Shown piece after piece: positions 35,931 to 46,938 of a DNA stretch of 64,000 nt; the first letter of the stretch is position 1; each line of letters begins with the position of its first letter. The DNA comes from Chloropicon primus (Eukaryota), in the NCBI GenBank assembly GCA_023205875.1, contig CP060755.1, forward strand, positions 248,001-312,000, given 5' to 3'. The notes under the pieces are model-generated. The model was given only the letters and a program-made list of their open reading frames with translations, was not told where the DNA came from and did no database searches. The position numbers and the translations under genes were made by a program.

Positions 35931-36354
35931 AAGGAGGAGGCCTCGTGCCCACGCGAGTCGCGCAACGAGCCAGGAGCCACGCCTGCGTCTAGGACGGCAG
36001 ACTCGTCCCTCTGCTGCGCAGACCCGCGATCGAAGCAGAGAGTTCAAGAGCCCCGCGTGCGTTAGAGTCAGAGCCTCGGCAGTCGGTGCTGGCCACACGA
36101 AAGAAGTTTGATGATGATGACGCGGTGAAAGGAGTCTTCTCGCGAACGAACCAAGGTAACCGTGGGATAGACGGGTAGGACTTTCTCGAGGCGAGGAGGG
36201 GACGACTTCTCCCTCCGTCTCCTCGTCTCCTCACCTTGTCACCTTCCGCCTCGAGGGCTCGCTCCCTTTAAACCGGAACGCCGAGAGGATCAGGAGCAGA
36301 TTGAGGCGGAGGAGCGCGAAGGAGAGGGGTGGGGTTTGTTTGAGGAAGGAGAGG

Positions 36355-38244
36355 ATGGAGAGCGAGGACGACTACCCTGTGAACCCCTCTCAGCTGGCGC
36401 ACGAGGTGAGGACGGCGAGGACGATGCCGAGGAGGAAGCAAGCGGAGCGCCGACGGCTTTTGTTTTCTGTCCTGAAGGCTTTGGATGGGGGTGTGCCTGG
36501 GGACACGAGGCCAAGGCCTTGGCCGAGGAGGGGTCTCCGGCCTTTCTCGACCGCCTGTCGCGGCCGTGGCCACGAGGATCGATCCGGGCGAGCGATTGCG
36601 ACGCAATTGGACTGACTTGAAGACGTCTCCTCTCGTTCTGCTCCCCGACGCGCGACGGAACAGCCTGTGTGGCACCAAAGTCCTTCCGGCGGCGATGCGA
36701 CGGTCCAGCACTACGAGAACCAGTCCAAGGTGATCAATGACCCGGTCCACGGCCACTTTAGGATTCGCGGGGAGTGTGTCAAGGTGATAGACACGCCGGA
36801 GTTTCAGCGTCTGAGAGATATCAAGCAGCTTGGAACCAGCTACTATGTGTTCCCGGGTGCGGGGCACAACAGGTTTGAGCACTCTCTCGGGGTGTGCCAC
36901 ATGGCGGAGGAGATGGTGATCCGTATCCAGAGGGGCCAGAGGGAGCTGGGCGTGGACAGGACTGACGTCAAGCGGATTGCTCTGGCTGGCCTTTGTCACG
37001 ACCTCGGACACGCCCCCTTTAGCCACGTCTTTGACAACGAGTTCCTGCCCAAGGTTTTGGGAAACGACTTTCACAGCTTCGACTGGAACCACGAGCAAAT
37101 GTCGTCCCGGCTCCTTGACCAGATCATAGACCACGAGTACATCGACGAGGACTGCGTGTCGAGGGAGGACTGCCGGGCGATAGAGGATTTGATCCGATCG
37201 AGCTGCAGCGGCTACCAGGTCCAGAACTTCAAAGAGAATCACTTTTTGAGGGAAATTGTGGCGAACGGGAGGAATTCCATCGACGTGGACAAGTTCGACT
37301 ACCTCGCGAGGGACTGCTACTATTGCGGCGTCCAGGCAAGCTGTGACTTCAAGAGAATCATGCCGTTCGCTCGAGTGATTGACGACACGATCTGCTTCAA
37401 GTCGAGTGAGGTTTGGAACATATACGAGATTTTTCACACGAGGGCGTCTCTGTACAGGAGAATTTACACGCACAAGGTTGCCAAGGCCATCGAGTACATG
37501 ATCGTGGACGCCATGGTGGAGGCCAACAACGCGTTTGGGATTGTCGAGAAGTGCAGGTCCCCCAAGACCTTCATCGAGCTCGACGACACGATCCTGAAAA
37601 GGATCGAGTTCGCCAACCCAGGCGACGACGACGTGAGGCTGAGGAAGGCCAAGAGCATCGTCGAAAGGATCAGGAGGAGGGACATCTACAAGTACGTGAA
37701 CGAGTACTGCGTGCGTCCGGAGCAGCTGCCGCGTTGGAAGAGCGTCAACGCCGAGGACGTGGTGGCCTGCCAATTGAAGAACAAGGCGCACGGGGTGGAG
37801 CTGAGGCCCGAAGATATCGCGATCCACAACCTGAAGATCGATTGGGCAATGAAGGACAAGAACCCCGTGGACAACGTCTATTTCTTCGATGCCCGGGAGA
37901 ACAATGAGAAGATACAGATTCCGAAGCAGAAGGTGTCCACCTTGCTGCCAGAAGTGTTCCAGGAGCGGAAAGTGCGACTCTTCGTGAAGGACCCCAACAA
38001 GAGCGACGCAGCTGCGGTCGCTTTCGAGGAGTACCAAAGGAGAAACTTTGGCAAGGTGGAGCAAGTCTCGCTGACGCCGCCGAGACTTTCCAGCAAGGTC
38101 AGGAATTTCGTCGACAACGCCTCTGGGCGCACGGCCAGGAAAAACTTAGAGCGCAGCTTGGGAAGGAGTCAGAACAGCAGCAACCAGGCGAGGAAAAGGT
38201 CCAAGAAGGGCGACATCCGGCTTATGTCCCCTGTCATGGAGTAA
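36355..38244 (+). CDS. SAMHD1: SAMHD1-like HD-domain dNTP triphosphohydrolase; exons 36355-36405 and 36664-38244
   Basis: K.INDPVHGH, IDTPEFQRLRDIKQLG..YYVFPGA.HNRFEHSLGV, LAGLCHDLGHAPFSH.F, IDVDKFDYL.RD. Exon 1 joins in frame. Confidence 0.93.
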
Positions 38245-38360
38245 CAAAACCTCTTGTACAACTACTCAACTTATAAAACATTATATCAATGGCTTCTGGC
38301 TTCCCCTGCTTTGGCTTCTCGTCTTCGAATCCCAAACCGACAGCTATTTTCATTTTCGTC

Positions 38361-39077
38361 ATGGCGATGGGCGACGACTTGAGTCCTCCTCCTCCGCAGA
38401 GGAGGAGGACGGGGAAGTCCGGGTGGATGGAGGGAAGGCTCCGGGAGGCAGCCGCCGCCGTGGAGAGGCAGAACGTCGTCGCGCGAGCTTACGCCGAAGA
38501 CGCGGAGGAGATTGTGGCTTCTTCCTCAGCGGGAGGGGCACTTTCCGAGAAAGGGTTCGGAGTGGAGGCTGGCGTGACCTGGAGGAGGTTAGGGGCGGGG
38601 GACAAGCAGGCGCTTCTCGCGATGCTGGAGCGAAATATGAAGGGCCACTACCCCTCGAGCACCTGGGACAGGGTGTGGCAGGGGAAGAAGAGGGATATGG
38701 CGAGCAGGGAGGCGAGGTACCTGATCCTGAGGAGCAGGCCGGGCTCGGGGGTGGCGGGGTTCTGCAACTACAGGTTCTTAGTGGAGGACGAGGAGTGGAT
38801 CGTGCTTTACGTGTACGAGCTCCAGGTCAGCCAAGATCACAGGAGAAGAGGTGTTGGGAAGAACCTCACCGACCTGTGTCAGCTGCTGGCGGAGCGGACC
38901 GAGATGCAAGGTGTGATGCTGACCACCCTCAAGTGCAACGAGGGCGCCTGCAGATTCTACGAGCGCGAGGGCTTCACGCCCTCGGTGATCGATCCCACGG
39001 TCGTCTGTCCGGAGCGGGCCGCGGAGTTTGACTACAGGATACTTGCGAGGCTGTTTTCAGAGGCGGGGGGGGAATAA
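38361..39077 (+). CDS. NAA40: N-alpha-acetyltransferase 40 (NatD)-like GNAT
   Basis: L...NMK..Y....W......K...M....ARYLI, GF..YRF......VLYVYELQV....RRRGVGK.L, VMLT..K.N..A..FY. Start is uncertain (38289, 38361 or 38367). Confidence 0.82.
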   Translation: MAMGDDLSPPPPQRRRTGKSGWMEGRLREAAAAVERQNVVARAYAEDAEEIVASSSAGGALSEKGFGVEAGVTWRRLGAGDKQALLAMLERNMKGHYPSSTWDRVWQGKKRDMASREARYLILRSRPGSGVAGFCNYRFLVEDEEWIVLYVYELQVSQDHRRRGVGKNLTDLCQLLAERTEMQGVMLTTLKCNEGACRFYEREGFTPSVIDPTVVCPERAAEFDYRILARLFSEAGGE

Positions 39078-39107
39078 ATGAAACGTGCGATGACAAACGA
39101 TTTTTTC

Positions 39108-42100
39108 TTAGAGTCTCTTCTTCGTGAGCTCGAACAGGACGGCAGGAGACCTGTATATCCGCACCAGGCCCCAGTACAGCTCCTCCTCCACCGCGAGCTC
39201 CCTCTCTGCTCTCGCTGCGTCCAAGTCGTCCAAAATGCTCTTGAGCTTCCCGGTCGTTGGAAGCTCGTCCACCCAAATCCTTTGCCTCAGCCCGGAAGAG
39301 AAGGACGTGTGTATCAACCTCCCGATCACCAGAACAAAGGAGACGTAGAGCCCGATCAAACCACCTCTCGAGGCAAACAAGGAGCTCATGACGCTGTCGC
39401 CAATCGTCTTGTCGAGGACCAGCACGACTCGCGGGCCTCTCCAGGATCCAGGCTTGGAAAACCTGTCTCCGCCCTCACCACGATCATTCCTCTCCTCCCT
39501 GCGGCCGCTCTGGTCGCAAAACAGCTCCCACCACTCGCAAGCTCCTTGAGTGCAGTCAGGGAGCTTGCCCAGGCCCAGGGAGCAATTCACGGCGAAGGGA
39601 TGGGCCGTTTGCGCGCTCGGCTGAAAACGATTGTTCGCTTCGCAGACCTGCACATTTCCCCCGAGCTGCACAAAGAGATTGTAAAAGGACGCCTGGCCCC
39701 GCCCTGATCTTGCTCTGAAGGACAGCGGTACGCTGCTCGCATTGCCATCCAGGACTTTCCGCAAGCCAGAGAGGCTGGCCTGCGTCAACTGCTTTGAGAC
39801 TGACAAGCTGCACTCTTGAGCCGTGACGGGGAAGGACTTGCGGAAGAGGAAATCGATTCTCAGGTTCACGTCATCTGTTGCATTCCGAAGCGTCTGCTGG
39901 ATCTCGCGCCTCCTCGGAGGGCTCACCGTCCAGAACGTGTCAGAGTAGGGGGACAAGACGACTTCCTTGATCTGCCCGTCCCTGAAGTTTTTGCCAAAGT
40001 AATGCGGTTTCTGACTCCATCGCTCCACGATTCTGTCCTGGCCCCCGAAGAAGAGAGGAAAAGTACCCGTGCCATGGGTCAGAGTCAAGTTCACAGAAAC
40101 ACCTGTCAGCGCAGGTGTCACAATGGCAGGGTTGGACGACGAGTACAGGATCAAGGGCCCCCAAATGATGAGGGAAAGTACGCAGAATCCCAGGAAGCCC
40201 TGAAAAAGCTTCGTGTACCACGGCTGCTTCAAGCCGATGCCTTTCTGCCGGAACATGTTCCTCATCTCAACCCGAAACAGGCTGTGCCTGATCTCTTCCA
40301 CCCTGAGCCAGTCGAAGAACTCTAGAGTTGTCTTGGTACAAGTCCAATCAAGCATCATGCGGAGCTCCGGCAAAAACGGGATGTTGGTGTAAACGAGATG
40401 GAGCGCTTGGTTGAAGATGCTGCGCCGCCTCAACAACCAGTGCCCCATCGTGTTCATAGGGAAGCCGGCTTGGATTTGCCGGCTCGAGAAAAGCAGGCTG
40501 ACTGCTTTCAATGCGAAGAAAAATTGCAACTCGAACTGCTTGGTGCTTGCCTTGCTCGACAGCCTCGTATCCTCGCACCAAAATTTGGCCATCAGATAAA
40601 CGAGCAAGCAGCCAAGCGTTCCAAAGTGATAGACGACTTTCCAAAAGTTGGACCTCAGCACGTAGATGGCACGATCAACCACAATCAGCATGAAAAGCAG
40701 AATCAATGCATAGATGTAGTCTGCAGGAAAGACCGATTTCAAGGAAAATGCCGTTGCGAACGACTTCTCTCGAGAGGACATGCATGCCTGATAGAAAACA
40801 ATAGCGAACACGAAGCAAATGATATCTGCGCACAGGGTCAGCACGTAGAAATCGTATTCTTCACCTGCGACAGCCTCGGAATCCGTGATGACAAAGTCAC
40901 GTCGTTCCGGTTCGATCTCCGAAGCCTCTTGCCCTTGAGAGAAATCCTCTTGCGTGAGATCGCTAGCACGTTTGAGCATTTCCGCAATGTCGGATACCGG
41001 TCTGAGAAGGTTTCTGTGACCCGAGATCATGATCCTGCTGATCTCTATGATTGCAACATCGTACAACTCCACACTGCCATCAGTGCTTTCGTCCAACACT
41101 GCATCGATGCTCTTTACGATGAAGCTGGCATCCACGCGCTCGAGCCTGCTGTACAAGTCGGGTACCCTTTCTCTCAACCTTGAATCTTTCCTGGAGTTGT
41201 AAAGGTGGTAAACTTGCTCTATCGCTTCATCCAGCGACCTTTCACTCCAGGGCCTTCCATTCTCCAGTCGCCGCAGGGACACATGGATGATGAACGGCAT
41301 TCTTGCAGCGTGCTCGCTCCTGTGGCAAATCTCGGCAAAGAAGTTGTGCACCTTCCAGTAGTAGCGATTCAGTTTTTCTTTGACCGAGCGAGCATGGCCG
41401 ACGTGAAACTGTTCGACGAAACCTCTGGAAACCCTTGACCTTTGCACGACTCGCTCGTGGTGCCAAACAATGGAAAGGTAGAGGACCATGAACGGGATCG
41501 AGTGAGGAAACGGCTTGGGCTGGATGCCCATCAGCAGTAGCCACCATTCGTTTTTTGACTGCCTCATTCCCATGTAAGAGCTCACAGAAAACCCAGGACA
41601 GTCGTGACAAAAGGGTATCCAGAAGCAGTACCTCAAGCTCAGAACGATCTCTACGTAATAGAAAATCAAGTTCCAGAACTGAAGGGGTTTCCTCGCCGGT
41701 GAGACCAAAGCGTAGGTGAATAGAACCAAAGGGAACACCAAAGACACCACGGAGAACTCGTAAACAAAAGTGAACATGAGCAGCAGGTACACGATGAAGC
41801 TGTCCGTATCTCTCTGCCTCGTTGTATAAATATTCTGAATTCTTTGCACGGCCGCAGCTTTCAACCTTTCAAGAAGCTGGTGCAAGCGTTTTCCGGTAGT
41901 GCTAACGGTTTGCAAGCCTTCAGAGAGCAAGGCAAACTTCGGCGACTCGCAGGTGAATGGGTTCAATGGCTCTATAGAGCCGTGAGACAGCAGGGGAGAC
42001 TCCTCCATGGAATCTGACAGGTGCTCTCCAGGTGTTTTGATGTTCGAGAAGTACTTGTCATTTCCCAATTTGACATCAACGCTGCCTCTCTTGCTGTTGA

Positions 42101-45100
42101 GCAACCCCCTCTTCAGCCACTCAACCCTCTGCTTTCTCGCTTTCAAGTGCTTTCTCGCCTTCAGAGCAATGTCCACTTGCGCTTCTTTTCTGGCGAAAAA
42201 GTTCTCTTCAATGCTTCGACCCTTCTTCTCTTTCTCCCTCTGGAAGGCAACCACCAAAGAGTGAAATGCTTTCGTGTGAAGTATGGAATGTTGCGTACCG
42301 ACGATGAAGAAGATAGTGACATCCAGCATGAGGCCTCCGTTTTGAACCCTGAAAGCCTGCTGCCAGAAGTTGCTGATTCGATACACTCCCAGAACATGCC
42401 GGGCGCTGCACGAGGACTCTGGCCCCGCGACTTTGACTAAGCTCTCCCAAGGCATCTGGTAGGCCACGATCATTGAGATCGCACAGAAGTTGTAGATCAC
42501 GATGATCCACCACAAGCGTTTTGCCCTCCCCTGCCAAAAACCCATGCGGCACCTCATGTAAAGGAGACTCAAACCAAAGTACCCCAGGTGCAACACATCG
42601 ATGTTGACAAGCGATATCCAAGCGATGCAAAACATGGAAAAGTCCAATGAATGGAACAGCAAGAAACGCAGAACGCTTTCAATGCCCGTCCTTCTTGGCT
42701 CGGCAGAGAAGAACAAGGAGTTCATTTGGTACAAGAGCTGCGCTTTCACTTCATTCTTGCGAGCGTTTTTCACAGAGCAGGACCTCCTGTACTCCCTCAT
42801 CAACCAAGCGCAGAAGAACGTCACCCAGGTCATCTCTATATCGCTGCAGAATCCAAGCCAAGCATTCATCTCGTCGTGTGAAGTGCAGGGTGGTGCTCTC
42901 ACCCAGGGGCTCTCGAGGATCACCCTGACGAGACAGGCATACACTAACAGGGCAGTGTTTATGCTATCAAAGTACCAGAGGACCCTTCGGCATCCTCTAG
43001 TCTGAACCTTTTCTTCCGTGAGGTACAAGAGGAAAGCCACTTCCAACAAGAAGAAAAGCGAGAGAAAGGATTCGCTCACAATGGCAGACCCGAGCATAAG
43101 AACACCGAGAAGAATGCCACGTAGTGGCACGTACTCCATTGTGTACTTGAGGTATGCAATCAAGCAGTGAAGCTGCTGCTGACCCTTCGATGTTAAAGGG
43201 AAGGCCTCATGCCGCTTCTCGCTCGGGAGCTCCTTTTCCGACCCTCCTTCAGATAAAGCCTCTTCATTCATGAAATGATACCTGATGAAACTGGAGTCCG
43301 TCTGCTGCAGCTCAACTGCTGCGTCGAACTCTTTTGGGCAAGACGAAGATCTGTGGAGCTCGGAAGACGGGGATACGGCGTACCGAGGCAAAATGGTGGG
43401 CAGCCCCGCAATTTCAATCTCTGGTGATGCTTGCATGGAATAAGAATGAGGATCAGACACATGCTTTCTCAGTGGAGTGCGACCAGGGCCACCGTAGGGC
43501 CTCGTTCCACCAAACGCAAACAAAGGGCATGGTGCGATCTCGCACCCGTCTTCCGAAACCAGGCCAAGCCCCCACTTCTTTGAAAGAATTTGCAAGTGGC
43601 ACGACATCACAGCTGCGGTGATCACAGTGCAGGTCATCGCAACGGACTGCTTTCTCCCCCAGAGCCCGATCCAAGCTAGGTACTGTACAATGCCCCCCGT
43701 CTGGTCTGCGATAAGTTTGATGTGGCAAGCGTACTGAAGCAGCAGCACAAGGATGCACAGGAGCTGTATCGAGCGGGCCGCTTTGTATCCTTTTGCTGCC
43801 CCCGTGGAAATGCCATGAGCCAAGAGAGTCCAGACTAGGGCCAGTCCAAACAGTCCGCCTACCCTGCAGTTCACAGCCAGGGTGCATACTGCAACTAATT
43901 TATCCCCATGCCTCACAGTGAGCCTTTGGCAGAAGGACATCGCAGGCGCAGGTTCTGCGGGTCTCTCTCTAGGATATCTTTCGCTGATGTTCTCACTGAA
44001 CTTCTGCAATTTCAAGAGAAGCGCTACTGCCAATGGTCTCGCAACATAAAGTAGAAAGCAGCACCTTTTGGACAGTGGATCGACACAGCCAACGCTCGCC
44101 ATCACACCAGGGCTTATCTTCCCTCCAAGATCCAGCCCGAAAAATTGCGAGTAGGAGAGAATCTGCAGCGTGTAGTCCAAGATGCCAAGGACCTTATATG
44201 CTACCCCAAACCTCCTGGAGGCCCTCTTTTCCATGTCGTACACAAAGTGAAGAGCAGCAATGACCAAGTATCCAAAACCAAGTATGTCAAAAGCGTACGC
44301 TCTATGCGATCCGCAAGCTCCGACAGCCTGACCGGTTAAAATGCAAATTCCGGCAAGAAGGCAAGCTGCCAAGATATACTTGATGATCCTGGACACCCAT
44401 TCCATGCAGAACACTCCAAGCTTCCACAATTTGAGGTCCTTCACTTGTTCTTCAGATTGGATTTCCTTGTACCACACACTGGCATGCTGCAGCAGCAAGT
44501 TCAGAAATATGAGGCTGACGATGGGGAAGACATCCTGGAAAGAATTCGAGGAAATCAACCCAAGGTTGGTCAGGACGATCTTCGCAGTGCCCTGAAACTC
44601 GAACAGCAACATTGCGTTGTCGCAGAGGGTCAAAGCCACCAAGTACAGCATCGAAAACTTCTGGCATACCAAGTGCCACTGGTACCCCTTCAAGGTCAGG
44701 TGTCCCCACAATCCCACAGAAAACACGAAGCTCATCACATTTATTCTATGCACCGAGATCCAGATAGACACAGACAGATGGAGTCCAAGCAGAACGCCGA
44801 AGCAAACCAGCCTCAACGCGAAATTGGTCTCGTCCCACAGACTTGACTTTCCTGACAAGACCTTGGCCTCGTCTCTCTTTCCTTGACTGCCAAAGACGAC
44901 GCCATTCGACGTTTCCCTCACAGTGTTCTTTGCCACGTACGCAAAGGTAGAGTACAACAAGATCAGGACAAGCTCCGCCGCTGCCAACAGAGTTTTGTAG
45001 GAGGGCCTCTTGCTGCAGTAAAGTCCTACAAACGGAAGGGCTCCCCTCTCGGAGCACACGAAGACATCACCCAAGTAAGAAGCCAGCAATATCAAGCTGC

Positions 45101-46439
45101 ACAAGGCTTGGCCCATCCCACCCGTCCAAAAGATGTGCAATCTGTCGTGCTGAATCAGAAATATGTTCACCAGCGCGAAGAGCAAGAGGAGGTTCGTCAA
45201 CAGGGAGGAGGACACAATGATCAAGCAGCAAGCACATGTGTTGACAAAGTACATCCAGAACGCGAGGAAGCTTTCAGAAAATTCGATTTCGGCACCGAAA
45301 TCCCAAAACTCCTTGCCCAACCGGCTGCTCTCTTCCCTCATGCTCTCGTAACCCCTGCTTTGCAGCAACAGAGGTTCTTGCAGCTCTGGGCTGTATCCCG
45401 CGCTTTCGTCAAGCGATGCCGTCGAGGATAGCGACGCGATTGACCGGACACTTCTGGGGCTGCGGTTCTCCGCGTGCAGAGACCAAGACGGGGGGCAAAC
45501 CAGGCAGAGCAGCAGAAGCGCGTGCAGCGTAACGAGAGCCACCTCCAGGGCCTCAAAAAGCGACACTTCCAAAGACGAAGATCTTGAGTAAGCAAAGAAG
45601 AGGCCCAGGAATCTTGTCCAGGACCTTCCAAAGACCCCCATGAAGCAAGAAGCCTCTCCGCTCCCATCGCACTCGATTTGAACGCCATAGAGCAGCGAGA
45701 TCTGCACCAGGCAAACCGGTGCCACCGCGAGGAGCAGACCCCGGTCCATGATCTCTCTGCACCAACGGCTCCACCTGTAACTGAATTTGCCCACAAAGTA
45801 CGTTCCTGCCACTCCAAGATAAACAAGGCCAAACAGAGACGGCCAGACCAAAGCGTTCGCGACCGAGCTGAGCAGGAACGCGCGCTGAACAAGCGTGTGG
45901 GCCCGAATGCAATCCGCCACCGTCACGGGAGCTGCAGGACTCTGCGCCCCTTCCCTCTGAGCCGCACTGTAGTACTTGTAGTAGGCCAAGGGCATGAGGA
46001 CCAAAAGCACGGCGCCGTAAACGTACAAGAATCCAAGGGCATGCAGGACCTCGAAACCAAGGCCCTGGAGCACCTGCTCCGCTCGGCCGGCAAGGACTTT
46101 GCCTCCGCCAATTTGCGCGACGAGTTGGGTCGCGGACTGGAGCGCCAGGTCGAGCCAGGTCACGGCGGTGACGAACCGCCAAATCGTCGCCTCCCCCGAA
46201 GACTTCCTCCTCTCGAACTCGTAAGCTCTGCTCGTTGCAAGCTGCTTGTCTCGTGCAGATGCAAAGCGCCTGTGTTTGTACCTCAGGCAGGCCTGCACCT
46301 TTCCCCTCGTGCTCGAGCACCGCACGACGTAGGCAACAGCGGCCAGGGCATAGAGCACCCCAAAAGCGCTCCGCCTCCACCACGCCATCCCCGCAAGGCC
46401 CAAAGCCGACCCAAACTCCATCACCAGCTCCAGCTCCAT
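39108..46439 (-). CDS. PIEZO: Piezo mechanosensitive ion channel, apparently a single exon, about 2443 aa
   Basis: Many TM segments; IPFLPELR..LDW....TTL..FDWLRVEEI (PFEW motif), GLIGLYVSFVLVIGR, EEELYW.LV.IYRSP..L.E.TK. Start taken at MELELV; an upstream exon cannot be excluded. Confidence 0.93.
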   Translation of the reverse strand: MELELVMEFGSALGLAGMAWWRRSAFGVLYALAAVAYVVRCSSTRGKVQACLRYKHRRFASARDKQLATSRAYEFERRKSSGEATIWRFVTAVTWLDLALQSATQLVAQIGGGKVLAGRAEQVLQGLGFEVLHALGFLYVYGAVLLVLMPLAYYKYYSAAQREGAQSPAAPVTVADCIRAHTLVQRAFLLSSVANALVWPSLFGLVYLGVAGTYFVGKFSYRWSRWCREIMDRGLLLAVAPVCLVQISLLYGVQIECDGSGEASCFMGVFGRSWTRFLGLFFAYSRSSSLEVSLFEALEVALVTLHALLLLCLVCPPSWSLHAENRSPRSVRSIASLSSTASLDESAGYSPELQEPLLLQSRGYESMREESSRLGKEFWDFGAEIEFSESFLAFWMYFVNTCACCLIIVSSSLLTNLLLLFALVNIFLIQHDRLHIFWTGGMGQALCSLILLASYLGDVFVCSERGALPFVGLYCSKRPSYKTLLAAAELVLILLYSTFAYVAKNTVRETSNGVVFGSQGKRDEAKVLSGKSSLWDETNFALRLVCFGVLLGLHLSVSIWISVHRINVMSFVFSVGLWGHLTLKGYQWHLVCQKFSMLYLVALTLCDNAMLLFEFQGTAKIVLTNLGLISSNSFQDVFPIVSLIFLNLLLQHASVWYKEIQSEEQVKDLKLWKLGVFCMEWVSRIIKYILAACLLAGICILTGQAVGACGSHRAYAFDILGFGYLVIAALHFVYDMEKRASRRFGVAYKVLGILDYTLQILSYSQFFGLDLGGKISPGVMASVGCVDPLSKRCCFLLYVARPLAVALLLKLQKFSENISERYPRERPAEPAPAMSFCQRLTVRHGDKLVAVCTLAVNCRVGGLFGLALVWTLLAHGISTGAAKGYKAARSIQLLCILVLLLQYACHIKLIADQTGGIVQYLAWIGLWGRKQSVAMTCTVITAAVMSCHLQILSKKWGLGLVSEDGCEIAPCPLFAFGGTRPYGGPGRTPLRKHVSDPHSYSMQASPEIEIAGLPTILPRYAVSPSSELHRSSSCPKEFDAAVELQQTDSSFIRYHFMNEEALSEGGSEKELPSEKRHEAFPLTSKGQQQLHCLIAYLKYTMEYVPLRGILLGVLMLGSAIVSESFLSLFFLLEVAFLLYLTEEKVQTRGCRRVLWYFDSINTALLVYACLVRVILESPWVRAPPCTSHDEMNAWLGFCSDIEMTWVTFFCAWLMREYRRSCSVKNARKNEVKAQLLYQMNSLFFSAEPRRTGIESVLRFLLFHSLDFSMFCIAWISLVNIDVLHLGYFGLSLLYMRCRMGFWQGRAKRLWWIIVIYNFCAISMIVAYQMPWESLVKVAGPESSCSARHVLGVYRISNFWQQAFRVQNGGLMLDVTIFFIVGTQHSILHTKAFHSLVVAFQREKEKKGRSIEENFFARKEAQVDIALKARKHLKARKQRVEWLKRGLLNSKRGSVDVKLGNDKYFSNIKTPGEHLSDSMEESPLLSHGSIEPLNPFTCESPKFALLSEGLQTVSTTGKRLHQLLERLKAAAVQRIQNIYTTRQRDTDSFIVYLLLMFTFVYEFSVVSLVFPLVLFTYALVSPARKPLQFWNLIFYYVEIVLSLRYCFWIPFCHDCPGFSVSSYMGMRQSKNEWWLLLMGIQPKPFPHSIPFMVLYLSIVWHHERVVQRSRVSRGFVEQFHVGHARSVKEKLNRYYWKVHNFFAEICHRSEHAARMPFIIHVSLRRLENGRPWSERSLDEAIEQVYHLYNSRKDSRLRERVPDLYSRLERVDASFIVKSIDAVLDESTDGSVELYDVAIIEISRIMISGHRNLLRPVSDIAEMLKRASDLTQEDFSQGQEASEIEPERRDFVITDSEAVAGEEYDFYVLTLCADIICFVFAIVFYQACMSSREKSFATAFSLKSVFPADYIYALILLFMLIVVDRAIYVLRSNFWKVVYHFGTLGCLLVYLMAKFWCEDTRLSSKASTKQFELQFFFALKAVSLLFSSRQIQAGFPMNTMGHWLLRRRSIFNQALHLVYTNIPFLPELRMMLDWTCTKTTLEFFDWLRVEEIRHSLFRVEMRNMFRQKGIGLKQPWYTKLFQGFLGFCVLSLIIWGPLILYSSSNPAIVTPALTGVSVNLTLTHGTGTFPLFFGGQDRIVERWSQKPHYFGKNFRDGQIKEVVLSPYSDTFWTVSPPRRREIQQTLRNATDDVNLRIDFLFRKSFPVTAQECSLSVSKQLTQASLSGLRKVLDGNASSVPLSFRARSGRGQASFYNLFVQLGGNVQVCEANNRFQPSAQTAHPFAVNCSLGLGKLPDCTQGACEWWELFCDQSGRREERNDRGEGGDRFSKPGSWRGPRVVLVLDKTIGDSVMSSLFASRGGLIGLYVSFVLVIGRLIHTSFSSGLRQRIWVDELPTTGKLKSILDDLDAARAERELAVEEELYWGLVRIYRSPAVLFELTKKRL

Positions 46440-46938
46440 CCTCTTTGCACCTCGCGCTGCAAACTCGACTCGACCGTACTCCCGAAGACGGCTGGTCACC
46501 TCACAGCACAGCTGGCATCACTCCAGAGGAAGAAGGCGAGGCCCCTCCGTGTCATGTGTCCTCCTCCCGGTCCTCCCGGTCCTCCCGGTCCTCGTAACGC
46601 ACGCACGACCTACACCTCCCCTCCTCCCGCGCGGGAAAATCTGCTTCGCGCGGATTTTTTAGAGAAAGGAGAACTTTCATGGAGGCTCGGCCGGGGGTTT
46701 CCTTGGTTTCCTCGGGTGCAAGATGGTGCAAGGCGGGGGCAAGACGGACGCTTTGGGGTTAGGGTGGACCGGACGACGCCCTGGTTTTGTCCAACTGACG
46801 CAGGAACCGAGGAACGATCCTTGGTATTGATTCCCTGTTGGGTTGTTGTTCTGGGCCAAGGCCTTGTGCAGAGAGAGTTAGGGGGACCACAAGGGAGGAG
46901 GTGTGTGGCGTAGCGGAGTTTGAGAAGGGTCAAGCACG

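Noticed and set aside
46440..46556. Possible short first exon or uORF of PIEZO (MTRRGLAFFLW...)
   Set aside because: Ends in a stop codon and no convincing splice path was found
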